Assembly: GCF_963921235.1 (NCBI RefSeq)
Contig: NC_086097.1
Coordinates: 142,292,001-142,356,000 of the forward strand
Length of the DNA: 64,000 nucleotides
Direction: 5' to 3'
From: Mobula hypostoma
Lineage: Eukaryota
Shown here: positions 10,916 to 23,825 of the stretch, piece after piece
Layout of the letters: every line of letters starts with the position of its first letter
Position numbering within the stretch: position 1 is the stretch's first letter
Notes under the pieces: generated by a model
The model's database searches: none
What the model was told of the DNA's origin: nothing
What the model saw: the letters and a program-made list of their open reading frames with translations, nothing else
Translations under genes and position numbers: made by a program

Positions 10916-13900
10916 ATGGAGTCTATTATTAATTTTGTCTCCTGGAATACTAATGGTCTTAATCATCCTATTAAAAGGAAAAAAGTTTTTAAAGTGTTCC
11001 GGAGACTTAAAGCACAAATTTTATTTTTACAAAGACCCATGTACGGAGGGGGGACAGACTACGTTTTTTCAAATTCTGGAAGGGACAACAATTTCATTCG
11101 AACTCCAATGCTAAGATTCGAGGCGTCTCTATTTTTATAGATTCCTCAGTTACTTTTATACAACAGGATATTATCTCTGATCCGAATGGTAGATTTTTAT
11201 TGGTTAGTGGTTTACTATTTAATAAAAAAGTAGTTTTGGTTAATGTTTATGCTCCTAATATGGATTGTCCGGAATTTTATAAATCATTGTTTGATCAGTT
11301 TCCGAATTTGAACGAGTTTTCATTGATTTGGGGCGGAGATCTTAATACCTGTTTATCTCCAGCTTTGGACCGTTCGGCTCCTTTACGGACTTTACCTAAT
11401 AAATCTGCAAATTTGATTAATTTTTTCCTTTCTGATTCTGGGTCGACGGACATTTGGCGTTTTCTGCATCCTCAGGAAAAAGATTTTTCCTTCTTTTCAC
11501 ATGTTCATCATTCCTATTCAAGAATTGATTATTTTTTCATTGATTCTCGTCTCATTCCTTCAGTGATTAAATGTGATTATGATTCTATAACCATTTCGGA
11601 TCATGCTCCACTTAAGCTTTCTATTAAAATTATGGCCAATATACCAAACAATAGACAATGGCGTTTTAATTCGCTGTTGCTTCAGGACTCGGACTTTGTT
11701 AATTTTATGAATGAACAGATTGAGCTTTTTTTTTTAACAATTAACCATACAGAAGATATTTCGGTTAACACTCTTTGGGACACTTTTAAAGCCTATATTC
11801 GGGGTCAGATTATTTCGTATTCCGTTGCTTTGAGGAAGAAACAGAAGCAGGAGGAGATGGCAATTGTGGACAAGATTAAAGAAATTGATAAGAAATATGT
11901 TATGGCTCCTTCTGAGGAGCTATACAAACAAAGAACTGAACTTCAAATGGAACACAGTTTACTACTCTCGTCCTCGATTGTAAACCAATTAAAGAAAACA
12001 AGAAGTGATTTTTATGTTCACAGTGATAAAATTGGCAAGCTGCTGGCTAATCAATTGAAATCTAATTATGTTAAATCTCAAATCAATCAGATTTATAACC
12101 AAAATGATCGATTGATATTGGATCATGTGGGGATTAATCAAACCTTTTGTGATTTTTATTCTTCTTTATATCAATCAGAGTCTCCTCGAGATTCTAAATA
12201 TATGAATGATTTTTTAGATAAGTTAGACTTCCCTCAGATTTCACAGGATATGTCTTCTTTATTAGATACTTCCATTACAATGGATGAGATTAAGAATGTT
12301 ATTTTTTCTATGAATCTGGGGAAAGCTCCTGGCCCTGATGGGTTTACCGTTGAATTTTATAAATGTTTTGCTTCTTTATTGATTCCTTGGCTCTATAAGG
12401 TTTTTGAGGCTTCTTTGAAACTTGGTAAACTTCCGGAATCTTTTAATAGAGCATCAATTTCTTTAATACTAAAGAAGGATAAAGACCCTGCTCAGTGTGC
12501 ATCTTATAGACCAATATCTTTATTAAATGTTGATTCTAAAGTTTTTTCTAAGTTATTAGCAAATAGACTAGAAAAAGTACTTCCTTCTATTATTTCGGAA
12601 GACCAAACGGGTTTTATTAAAGGTCGTTACTCTTTTTATAATATTCGTACATTGTTAAATATCGTTTATACTCCCTCACAAAATGTTCCTGAGTGTGTTA
12701 TTTCTTTAGATGCCGAGAAAGCTTTTGATAGAGTAGAATGGCCTTATTTATTTAAGGTGCTTGAAATGTTTAATTTTAGCTTGAAATTTATATCCTGGAT
12801 TAAACTGTTATATCACTCCCCTGTAGCCTCGGTTCATACTAACTCTTTAAACTCACCTTTTTTTCCTCTCTTTCGTGGTACTCGACAAGGCTGTCCTCTT
12901 AGTCCCCTATTATTTGATATTGCATTAGAACCTCTTGCAATTGCTATTCGAGAATCTTCAAATATTACTGGGATAACTCGGGGATTAAAGTCCCATAAAT
13001 TATCACTCTATGCTGATGATTTACTTTTATATATTTCTAATCCTGAGAGATCCATTCCTGCTGTTTTAGAGTTATTAGCACAATTTGGTCTTTTCTCAGG
13101 TTATAAATTAAATCTTAGTAAGAGTGAACTTTTTCCGATTAATAAACATCTTCCCTTATATTATAAATTTCCATTTAAATTGATTAATAATTACTTTTCA
13201 TATCTTGGGATTAAAATTACTTGTAAACATAAAGATTTATTTAAGACTAACTTTTTACCATTAATAGACCATATTACTCAACTTTCATCTAAATGGTTTC
13301 CCTTATATTTAACTTTGATTGGTCATATTAATGCAGTTAAGATGTTTTTTTTGCCAAAATTTTTATATGTGTTTCAGGCATTACCAATTTTCGTTCCTAA
13401 ATCTTTTTTTGATAAAGTTGACTCTAAAATTTCTTCATTTATTTGGCAGAATAAGAATCCGAGACTGGGTAAAATACATTTACAGAAAGCTAAGAGAGAT
13501 GGAGGTTTAGCATACCTAACTTTAGATTTTATTATTGGGCTATTAATATTCGACATATGAAATTTTGGTTACTTGACCGGGACATACTATCTATTCCTAA
13601 ATGGGTAGCATTGGAATTACAATCTGTTCAGGGTTATACACTTGGTTCTATTTTAGGTTCCTCTCTTCCTTTTGATTCGAAACGCCTTAAGCAGGTCTCT
13701 AACCCGATAGTTAAATATGCTTTGCGTATTTGGTTTCAATTCAGAAAATGTTTTGATCTTAATCAATTCGGGTTAGCGATTCCTATTTTAGGTAACATAT
13801 TTTTTCCTCCCTCTTTTACGGATCGCGCTTTTCAAACTTGGAAGACTAAGGGTATTTTACGGTTTTTGGATTTATTTTTAGATGGTTCCCTTATGTCTTT

Positions 13901-14694
13901 TGAACAATTATCTAATAAATATAACTTATCAAGAATACATTTTTTTAAGATATTTACAAGTTAGAAATTTCCTAAGTACTATACTTTCTTCCTTTCCAAT
14001 GCTTCCTCCTATATATATTTTAGATTCGATAATTAACCTTAATCCATGTCAGAAAGGTGCATCGGCTATGATTTATAATATTATTATGAAACTTAGGAAA
14101 GCTCCATTTGATAAGATTAGGGTAGATTGGGAACAGGAATTGGGGCTTACCATTTCTGTGGATGATTGGGGGCAGATTTTACAATTAGTTAATACTTCCT
14201 CTATTTGTGCTAAACATTCCCTAATTCAATTTAAAGTGGTTCATAGAGCACATATGTCCTAAGATAAGTTAGCGCGTTTTTACTCGCATATTAATCCTTT
14301 CTGTGATAGATGTTCGGGGCAGATAGCCTCTTTAACTCATATGTTTTGGTCTTGCCCTACTTTGGAAACTTTTTGGAGAGATATTTTCAATATTATTTCT
14401 AAGGTATTAAATATAGATATCTCTCCTCACCCTATTACTGCTATCTTTGGACTACCTAAAATTTCTAGTAATCTTTCCCCTTCAGCCCGTAGAATGATTG
14501 CATTTCTTACTTTAATGGCGAAAAGATGTATTTTACAACATTGGAAAGAGCTTAATGCTCCAACTACCTTTTTTTGGTTTTCTCAGACGATTTTATGTTT
14601 GAATTTGGAGAAAATTAGAAGTAACCTTTATGATTCTTCATTTAAATTTGAACAGATTTGGGGACCTTTTATTCGATATTTTCATTTAATGTAA
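10916..14694 (+). pseudogene. L1 ORF2p (APE endonuclease, RT, CCHC knuckle) with 3 frameshifts (~11033, ~13513, ~13947) and 1 stop (14260-14262)
   Basis: MESIINFVSWNTNGLN, NVYAPN, GGDLN, SRIDY, SDH, YRPISLLN, QGCPLSP, YADD and CDRC..HMFWSC motifs across ORFs 10862-11140, 11200-13560, 13557-13964, 13882-14262 and 14341-14694. Confidence 0.93.
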
Positions 14695-16329
14695 TATTTA
14701 CCCTTCTTGTTTTTTTTTCACTGTTTTAATGGAGGTCGGGATTGAGGACGTGATTTTAAGTTTAACTCTGTTTGGTTTCAAGTTAGCCCATTGCTTTGCC
14801 TTGCTTTTAGTTAGCTGCACGGTGGGTTTTTTTTTTGGGGTTTTTTTTTCTTTTTTTCCATTGATATATATAAAATTTAGTATACTATTATGTTATCTTG
14901 GTTTCTTATGCTTAAATTACATTGTTTGTAGTATTTTCTTTTTGGTATTGTTATCTTTTGGAATTTTATTATACTTTAACATTGTATTAATGTTTATATG
15001 GCTTACCTTTTTTGTATACTTACTCAATAAAAAGATTTAAAAAGAAAGAAAGGAGGGAGATTGGAAATCTGAATGAGTGGTACCACAACAACAACAACAA
15101 CCTCTCCCTCGATGTCAAAAGACCAAGGAGCTGATTATTGACTTCAGGAGGAGAAAACCAGTGGTTCGTAAGACAGCCCTCATTGGGGGAATCGGAGGTG
15201 GAGAGAGTCAGCAACTTTAAATTCCTCAGTTTTATCATTTCAGAGGAACAGTCCTGGGTCCTGGGTTAGCATGTAAGCGCAATTATGAAGAAAATATGGC
15301 AGCACCTCTACTTACTTAGAAGATACCATGCTGATGCTTCACAAACTAAAACTCTGACAAATTTCTACAGATGTGTGGAGGAGAGTACTTTCGTTGCATC
15401 ATGGCCTGGTATGGAAACATCCATGCCCTTGTTTAGAAAATCCTACAAAAAGAAGTGGATATAGTTAAGTCCATCATGGGTAAAGCCATTCAGCACATCT
15501 ACACAGAGTGCTGTCACAGGAACGCAGTATCCATCAAGTATCCCAATCATCCTGGCCATCTCTCTTCTCACTGCTGCCATCAGGAGTCTCAGGGCCCACA
15601 CCACCTGGTTCAGAACAGTTATTATCCTCAACCATCATGCTCTTGAACCAAAGGGGATAGCTTCACTCAATTTCACTTGCCCAATCACAGAAATGTTCCC
15701 TCTGCCTATGGACTCACTTTCAAGGACACTTATCTCATGTTCTCATTATTTATTGCTTATTTATTATCTTTTTTCTGTCTTTCATATTTGCAGTTTGTTG
15801 TCCAATCCATTCTACTGGGTGCAGTCTTCTATAGATGTTATAGTGTTTCTTTGATTTATTGTGTATGCCTGAAAGAAAACAAATGTCAGGGTTGTATATG
15901 GTGCCATATATGTACTTTGATAATAAATTTACCTTGTACTTGGTGTATGATTCAGAAAATCCAAAGGATAATGATTAAAGAAATAAGTGCAGAGGGCAAA
16001 ATAAAGACCATCTTAGCAGTGGATTCTGCCTCCTAGTATATTAGTACAAAACCAGGAAAATTAGGAACTGTGTTGTTTTAAGTCTTCACTTGAACTGTGC
16101 CGGCATAGATGCTGTATGACCAAATGACAAGGAGATAGACACAACTTTAAGCTATTTAATGAAGTAAGAGATCAAATGTACAAACATTTATGGCAGAGAG
16201 GAGAAAAAAGACCTGAAGGAAAGGTAGTAATATGGAAATGATAAACAGTCTGGGATATACAACAATAGAGTACAAAGAGCAAATCAGTGGATTAGATTAG
16301 AAAGTTACAAAGATAATCGAAGGCCTGTA

Positions 16330-17955
16330 CAGGTGTCCCCCGCTTTTCGAACGTTCGCTTTACGAAACCTTACTGTTACAAAAGACCTACATTAGTTCCG
16401 TTTTCGCTAACAGAAGATGTTTTCACTGTTATGAAAAAAGGCAGTGCGCGGAAAAAGCAGCGTGCGTCCCGAGCAGCCACTCTCCCCCGGATTCGGAACT
16501 GCATTCTCGCCGGCACTGCTTAAACACATGCCTGTGAGCAGCCATTTGCAAGATAAGTTCTAAGGTATCGAAAGCCTGAAAGAGCTCATAAGGGTGTTAC
16601 ACTTAGCATAAAACTAGATATAATTAAGCGTTTCGATCATGGTGAACGAAGTAAGGACAAAGTGAGTTTGGCTTGTGGAAGCTGACGAAGATGATGTTGA
16701 AGAGGTTTTGGCATCCCATGATCAAGAACTGATAGATGAAGAGCTGAAGCAATTGGAAGAGGAAAGGATAACAATTGAAACCGAATGCAGTAGCGAACGG
16801 ACCGAAAGTGAAGTCGTCCAGGAATTGAACTTGAAGCAACTGTGTGAGATTTTCGCTGCAATGATAAAGTACGACTTTAATTTTGAAAGGATACATCAGT
16901 TTAGGGCAAATTTGCAAGATGATTTGAGTGTGTACAAAGAACTGTATGGTAGAAAAATGTGCGAGGCTAGCAGTCAAGCAAGCCTTCCACATCAGCCAGA
17001 GCAGACGACGAACCTCGACCTTTGACATCGAGGCAGGCAGACATAGAAGAAGATGACCTGCCTGCCCTGATCGACGATGAGATGACACCCCAGTGTCCCA
17101 CAACCCCAACCCCCGGGCCGCGGACAGATACCAATTCGCGGAGAATACAGCGCTAGCTGGGAGGCACCCGACACATCTTTAAGAAAAAGCCAAAATAAAC
17201 AAGCTAATTAATTAGGTGCTGACCGGCACGCAATTGTTGGCCCAGAACAGAGCCGACTGTGACGCGTCTGATCTGGGCTGACATTTACGTGCTGGGGCAG
17301 CACCTAATTAATTAGCTTGTTTATTTCAGCTTTTTTCTTAAAGATATGCTGGGTGCGATCCGGCCACCGCTGGACCCCTGCATGCTTTGCGGATCGGTAT
17401 CAGGTCGCTGTCCGGAGGGTGGGGGCCACTGCAGCACCCCAACCTCCGATGACTCAGCCTAACACACTATCATCAGTGTGCTTGATGTCTTCCTGATTCC
17501 CGTAAGTGATACTACACTGTACATACATTATTTCTACTTTATATAGGCTGTGTATTTTTACGTGTTATTTGGTATGATTTGGCAGCTTCATAGCTTAAAG
17601 GTTACTGGAGAGTGCTTGCGCCGTGTTTTTACCAACAGCACTTGCGTGAGATGTTCTGCCGACGGCGCTTGCGTGAGATTTTCGCTACAGAGAACAGTGC
17701 AGTAATGATTGCGGAAAAGTATTTCTACTTTATATACGCTGTGTATTTATCATATCATTCCTGCTTTTACTATATGTTACTGTTATTTTAGGTTTTGTGT
17801 TATTTGGCATGATTTGGTAAGTTATTTTTGGGTCTGCGAACGCTTACAAATTTTTCCCATATGAATAAATAGTAATTGCTTCTTCACTTTACGACCTTCC
17901 GGCTTACGAATCGTTTCATCGGAACGCTCTACCTTCAGGTGGCGGGGGAAACCTG
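16330..17955 (+). mobile_element. Tigger/pogo DNA transposon, internally deleted
   Basis: TA|CAGGTGTCCCCCGC ... GCGGGGGAAACCTG|TA. N-terminal HTH remnant KGVTLSIKLDIIKRFDHGE at ~16590-16645 is joined directly to an acidic Tigger-type C-terminus (ORF 16675-17025). The DDD domain is absent. Confidence 0.88.
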
Positions 17956-17957
17956 TA

Positions 17958-19790
17958 TGTGAATGCAAGTAGATGAATAGAGGATAAATAAATAGGAAAC
18001 CACAGCTACTAAAATATGATTGCAGGATGACATGGATTGGAACACAAATACTAAAGAGTACATGCCATTAGGCAAGAACAGAAAGCTAAAAAAAAATGGA
18101 ATAGTTCTGTAATTAATGGTGTAAGATTATCAAAATTCACAAAATCCAAGGACACAGAAATGGCTTGGGTGAAGATTAAAAAAAAATAAAGGCATGTAGT
18201 CTCTTGTGGGAGAGGTGTACTCGCCCACTTTCTTAATAATGTATAATTCTGTTTTTAATAAAATTTCTCTTTATATAATTTTTATTTTATCTAATTGTTG
18301 AATTGTGTTGTTTCCTGTTGCATGGCATACACTGACCAAAACACCACAGCAAATTCCTAATACATGTAAATGTATACAGTGAATAAAGATGATTCTTGAT
18401 CCTTGACATGGTAAAACAGTATAAAAAGAATTTTTTTTAAAAAACAACAGAAGCTTATCAGAATAGTGCACCTGTAGCCTTGGGAAATACAATTTGTTTT
18501 ATGAAAATAAATTACATGAGCAAAAATAAACTAGATGAAGAATTTAGTGCATTATCAGAGGCAGTTGTATTTTCTTGAGCTAATCAGAGAGCAAGTTAAA
18601 CTTGACTTGATATTGTGTAATGAGGTGGAATTAGATATTGATTTCATTGTGACGACAGCACCAATAACAATGTGTTTGAAAGAGACCAGAGAGAAAAATT
18701 GGAGACAATTGGAACAAAATACAAACTACTGAAGGAACAAAATAGTCCAAAGTATCTTAGAGAGAAATGGACAGTTGACATTTTGGTAGAGACTCCAATT
18801 TCATCAGTCCAGCTGAAAGGTATGTATTATAAAGTTAATCAAAAATGAGGATGGTACAAGTTTTTGCAGATATTTTTAAAAATCAGATATATTACTAAGT
18901 GAGCAATGATCTCAAGGTAAGGGGGTCCAAGGAATTAATACAATGGAAACAAAATAGTTAAACAGTGCAAACGAGGAAATCTGCAGATGCTGGAAATTCA
19001 AGCAACGCACACAAAAAAATGCTGGTCAACACAGCAGTACCTCTTCCTTTGAGTGTGTAAATTAAACAGGGATTTTGTATCAGTCCGCAATTAGCTGCAA
19101 ATACATAAATGCAAAGGAGGGAAGTGGAATAAACAAATTGTTGGAGCGTAGGGCCTTAAGGACATCATCCTAGAATGTTAAAAATATTAACTCGTGAGAT
19201 AATTGAGGTGTAGGTTTTATATTTTCTAAAATTCTCTAGAATCCTCTTCAGAATCAATCAAATTGGGGAAAAAAAGATACAACTTCTTTATTCAGTTTGC
19301 AAGTCTTTCAGATGCAGAGACTTAATTTCCTGGAGCATACAAGGATTGTACAATAAGTATATAAGAAAGATAATGGAATGTAATCACTTTTTTTGCTAGA
19401 GCAACTAAATAAGAGGTTAAGATATAATTGAAGCAATGTTGGGATGACTATTGTGCCTAGCATTATACTCCTTAACAAAGGAGTTAATGAATTCGTTAGT
19501 TTTGAGAAAATTTACGAGTAAATAGAATGGGCAATATCTTATGTAGAAAGGCCAGACAGGCTAGGTCAGTATCTATTGGAATTGAGAATGAGGTTGGGGG
19601 GTGGTCTTGAATTATATATAGGATTCTGGTGGTCTTCACAAGGTGATTGAGAAAGTTTTCTATATTGTAGAACTTATAACTATGCAGACAAATTTAAAAT
19701 ATGGGATTTCCCAATTATAATAGGCAAAATTTCTTTTGAGGATCGCAAATTAGTGATTTGAATATTTAAGGCAGGGGTAGATGGATTTGT
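17958..19790 (+). mobile_element. Old, heavily decayed CR1 with small inserts (Rex-type tail ~18240-18405; Penelope-like ends ~18690-18820 and ~18965-19060)
   Basis: AAGGCCTGTA|TGTGAATGCA (KALYVNA) rejoins across the Tigger. LDLILCNE and other CR1-like remnants are present. Confidence 0.5.
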
Positions 19791-19792
19791 GA

Positions 19793-20855
19793 TGCAATTG
19801 GACCTTGGACTTTCTGACTAACAGACCCCAATCAGTTAAGTTAGACAACCTCTCCTCCTCCACTCTCACCCTGAACATCAGCATGCCTCAAGGCTGTGTT
19901 CTGAGCCCTCTTCTGTACTCCCTTTTCATCTATGACTGCATTCCTGTACATGGTTCTAACTCCATAATCAAGTTCACAGACGACACCACGGTGGTTGGCC
20001 AGATCAGAGGGGATGACGGGACGGCCTACAGGGACAAGGTCCAGCTCCTGGCCGCGCGGTGTGTCGACAACAACTTAGCCCTCAACACCCAGAAGACCAA
20101 GGAGATCATTGCGGACTTCAGGCATGCTAGGAGCCACACTCACATCCACATCTACATCAATGGAGCTGTAGTGGAGCGTGTATCAAGCTTCAAATTCCTT
20201 GGTGTCCACATTTCCAAGGATCTCACCTGGTCCCTGGACTTCTCCATCCTGATCAAAAAGGCGCAACAGCACCTTTATTTCCTGCAGAACATCAAGAAAG
20301 CTCACCTCTGTCCCAGGATACTGACGGACTTTTACCGCTGTACTATTGAGAGTATACTCACCAACTGCATCTCAGTGTGGTATGGCAATTGTCCCGTATT
20401 GGACCGCAAAGCACTCCAGCGGGTGTTGAAAACTGCCCAGCGGATTATCGGCACCCAATTGCCCACCATTCAGAACATCTACCATAAATGCGGCCTGGGC
20501 AGGGCGAGAAACATTATCAAGGATGCATCTCACCCTAACTATGGACTTTTTACTCTCCTCCCATCTGGTAGGTGCTATAGGAGCCTCCGCTCCCACACCA
20601 GCAGGCACAGGAAGAGCTTCTTCCCTGAGGCTGTGACCCTGCTGAACCTCACATCACAGCGCCAAGCAGTATTGCACGCATATTGTACTGTCCCAGTACT
20701 TTTATATTTGTGTGCTGTAGCACTTCCTTTTTATTCGCAGTGTTTTTTACAAAATAACTATTCTTTGCATTTCTGGTCAGATGCTAACTACATTCCATTT
20801 GCTTTGTATCTGTACTCGGCACAATGACAATAAAGTTGAATCTAATCTAATCTAA
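19793..20855 (+). mobile_element. Young 5'-truncated Rex1/Babar-type LINE; open frame 19805-20827
   Basis: [29 protein letters not shown] and [11 protein letters not shown] motifs. Tail AATAAAGTTG(AATCT)n. Confidence 0.9.
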
Positions 20856-20984
20856 GTGGGTGAAGCATTAATGTGGGTAGACTAGTTATGCAGACTTAAG
20901 ATTGCAAATCATATATGACTTACTAAATGGTGGAGCAGACTCAAAGCTGGGTGGCATAATCCTGCTCTGTCATTTGTATATTAG

Positions 20985-23340
20985 ACCATAAAACCACAAG
21001 CTATAGAAAAAGAATTAGGCCATTTGGCCCATTGAGTTTGTTCCACCATTATATCATGGCTGATCTATTTCCCTCCTAGCCCCAATCTCCTACCTTCTCC
21101 CCATAACCTTTCATGCCTTGACTAATCAAGAACCTATTAACCTCTGTCTAAATTATACCCAATAACTTGGTCTACACTACTACCTGTGGCAACAAATTCC
21201 ACAGATTCACCACTCTCTGGCTAAAGAAATTCCTCCTCATCCCTATTCTAGATGGACATCACTTTATTCTGAGCCTGTGCTCTCTGGTTTCAGACTCCCT
21301 CACTATAGGAAATATCCTCTCCACATCCACTCTTTCAAGGCCTTTCTACATTTGATAGGTTTCAATAAGATTTCTCTTCACCCCTCCCCCCATTCTTCTC
21401 AATTCCACTGATTACAGGCCAGAGCTATCAATTGGTCCTTGTATGGTAACCCTTTCATTCCCAGAATCATTCTTGCAAACTTCTGAACTCTCTCCATTGT
21501 TGGCACATCCTCTTAGACAAGGGATCCAAAACTGTTGACAATATTCCAAGTGAGGCCTGCAAGAGAATGGGTTTGAGATGGGCCAATCAGCCATGATTGA
21601 ATGGTGGAGCAGACTGGTGGGCCGAATGGTTTAATTCTGCTCCGTTGTCTCATGCTCACTAGTGCCTTATAAAGCCTCAGCATTACATCTTTGCTTTTAT
21701 ATTCTAGTCCTCTCAAAATGAATGCTAACATTGCATTTGGCTTCCTTATCACCCACTCATCCACCAAATTAACCTTTTGGGAACCCTGCTACACGCTGAT
21801 TCTCAAGTCCTTTTGTACTTCAGATTTTTGAATTTTTTCTCCATTTAGAAAATAGCCTACACTTTTATTTCTTCTACCAAAATGCACAACCATACACTTC
21901 CCAACATTGTACTCTATCTGCCATTTCCTTGCCCATTCTCCTAATTGGTCTCAGTTCTTCTGCAACCTCCCTGTTTCCTTAACATTACCAGCCCCTCTGC
22001 CCATCTTTATATCATCTACAAACTTGGCTACAAAGATATAAATTCCACCATACAAATAGTTGACAAATAACAGAAAAAGAAGTAGTCCCAACACAGTGGA
22101 ACACCACTAATCACAGGGAGCCAACCAGAAAGGGCTCACTTTATTTCCCACTCTTCGCCTCTTGCCAATCAGCCAATGCTCTATTCATGCTAGTAATACA
22201 TCCTGTAAAACCATGGGCTCTTAACCTGTTAAGTAGCCTCATAAGTGGCACCTTGCTAAAGGCCTTCTGAAAATCCAAGTATGGCAACATCCACCAGTTC
22301 TCCTTTGTCCATCCTTGTTATTTCTTCAAAGAATTCCAACAGATTTGCGAGATAAGACGCTCCCACAAGGAAACCACGCTGACTTCAACCTATTTTATCA
22401 TGTGACTCCAAGTACCACGAAAAATTCTCACAATCAACTCCAACATCTTCCCAACCACTGAGGTCAGACTAACTGGCCTATAAGTTCCTTACTTCTGCCT
22501 CTCTCCTTCTGTGAAGAATGGAGTGACATTTGCAGTTTTCCAGTCCTCTGAAACCATGCCAGAATCTACTGATTCTTGAAAGATCATTACTAATGCCTCT
22601 ACAATCTCTTCAGCTACCTCTTTCAGAAGCCTGGGGTGTAGACCATCTGGTCCAGGTGATTTATCCACCTTCAGACCTTCCAGTTTCCCGAGCACCTTCT
22701 CCCTAGCAATGGCAACTTCACTCATTTCTGGTCCCTGCCACTCTTGAACTTCTGACATACTGCTAGTGTCTTCCACAATGAAGACAGATGCAAAATAGCA
22801 TTCAGCTCGTCCGCCATTACTATCTCTCCAGTGGTCTCATATCTATTCTCAATTCTTTTATTCTTTATATACCTGAAGAAACTTTGTGTCCTCTTAATAT
22901 TATTAGTTATCTTACCTTCGTATTCCATCTTTCCCTCCAAGTTTTTTTTGTTGCCTTCTGTTGGTTTTTAAAGCTTCCTAATCCTCTAACTTCCCACTAA
23001 CTTTTACTCTATTATTTTTCCCTCTTTGCCTTTATGTTGACTTTGACTTTCCTTGACAGCCACATCTGCATCATCCTGCCCTTAGAATACTACTTCTTTG
23101 GGATGCATCTATCCCGCACCTTCCGAATTACTCCCAGAAATTCCAGCCATTACTGCTCTGCCGTCAACCCTGTTACTGTCCCCTTCCAATCAACTTTGAC
23201 CAGATACTCTCTCATGCCTCTGTAATTTCCTTTACTCCACTATAATACTGATACATTTGACTTTAGCTTCTCCCTCTCAAATTGCAGGGTGAATTCTATC
23301 ACATTAAGATCACTGTCCCCTAAGGGTTCCTTTACCTTAG
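20985..23340 (-). mobile_element. Decayed CR1 ORF2 + 3'UTR, with a ~100-bp plus-strand CR1 tail inserted at ~21558-21655
   Basis: ORF 22489-22776 (KSPGPDGLHPRLLKEVAEEI) and ORF 21513-21767 (LEYKSKDVMLRLYKALV). Confidence 0.85.
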
Positions 23341-23801
23341 TGCTCTATGAATGTTTGTAAATATCAAGGATGATTAACAGTGGTCAATATCTCACCAGCT
23401 ATAAAAGCCATCTTAGTCTGTCTCCCTTCAGTGTTGAAGCACTCCATACCGGACAACATTCTGATCAATCTCCTCTGCCCCCTCAACGGTGCAATCATGT
23501 CCTACCTATATTGTGGCAGCAACTAATAACTGCCTGAGGTTTTCAATTGTGGCCTAACCAATGTTTTAGAAGGCCTGAACTATAGTTCCATTCTCTATGC
23601 CTTAATTAACAAAGACTGCAAGTCCTAAGTCTTATTAATTCCTTGGTGGGCCTCAACAATGCCCGCCCACAACATCCAGGGACAAAATAAAAGGCATAAA
23701 TACAGAAGACAGTCAAAATCTGTTTCCCAGGTTAGAAATGTTAACACTGTGCATTTACAGTGAGAGGGGGAATTCTACTCTGCCCCTGGTTACTCACTTA
23801 C

Positions 23802-23825
23802 CTTCAATATACAGGTACAAAATAC
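23802..23825 (-). other. Candidate 24-nt host-gene microexon
   Basis: Minus strand reads TTTCCTTCATTTTGTTTGCCAG|GTATTTTGTACCTGTATATTGAAG|GTAAGTGAGT, in non-repeat sequence. Confidence 0.5.

Larger units (their letters stand above)
9139..15050 (+). mobile_element. Full-length L1-clade LINE (5912 bp) with a perfect 15-bp TSD
   Basis: AGGAGGGAGATTGGA at 9124-9138 and 15051-15065. Contains ORF1, a 720-bp spacer and ORF2, then AATAAA at 15026-15031 and an A-rich tail. Confidence 0.97.
8222..15935 (+). mobile_element. Decayed Rex1/Babar-type LINE (8222-9138 and 15066-~15935), host of the full-length L1
   Basis: RKASGPDGVP, QGSVLSLLLYSLYTYDC and KFADNTT on the left. The RT continues (HNNNLSLDVK..) right of the TSD and ends in a GATAATAAATTTAC tail. 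Confidence 0.8.

Noticed and set aside
16675..17025. Acidic 116-aa ORF as a domesticated TIGD-like gene
   Set aside because: It lies between TIRs, lacks the catalytic domain, and the upstream HTH is out of frame.
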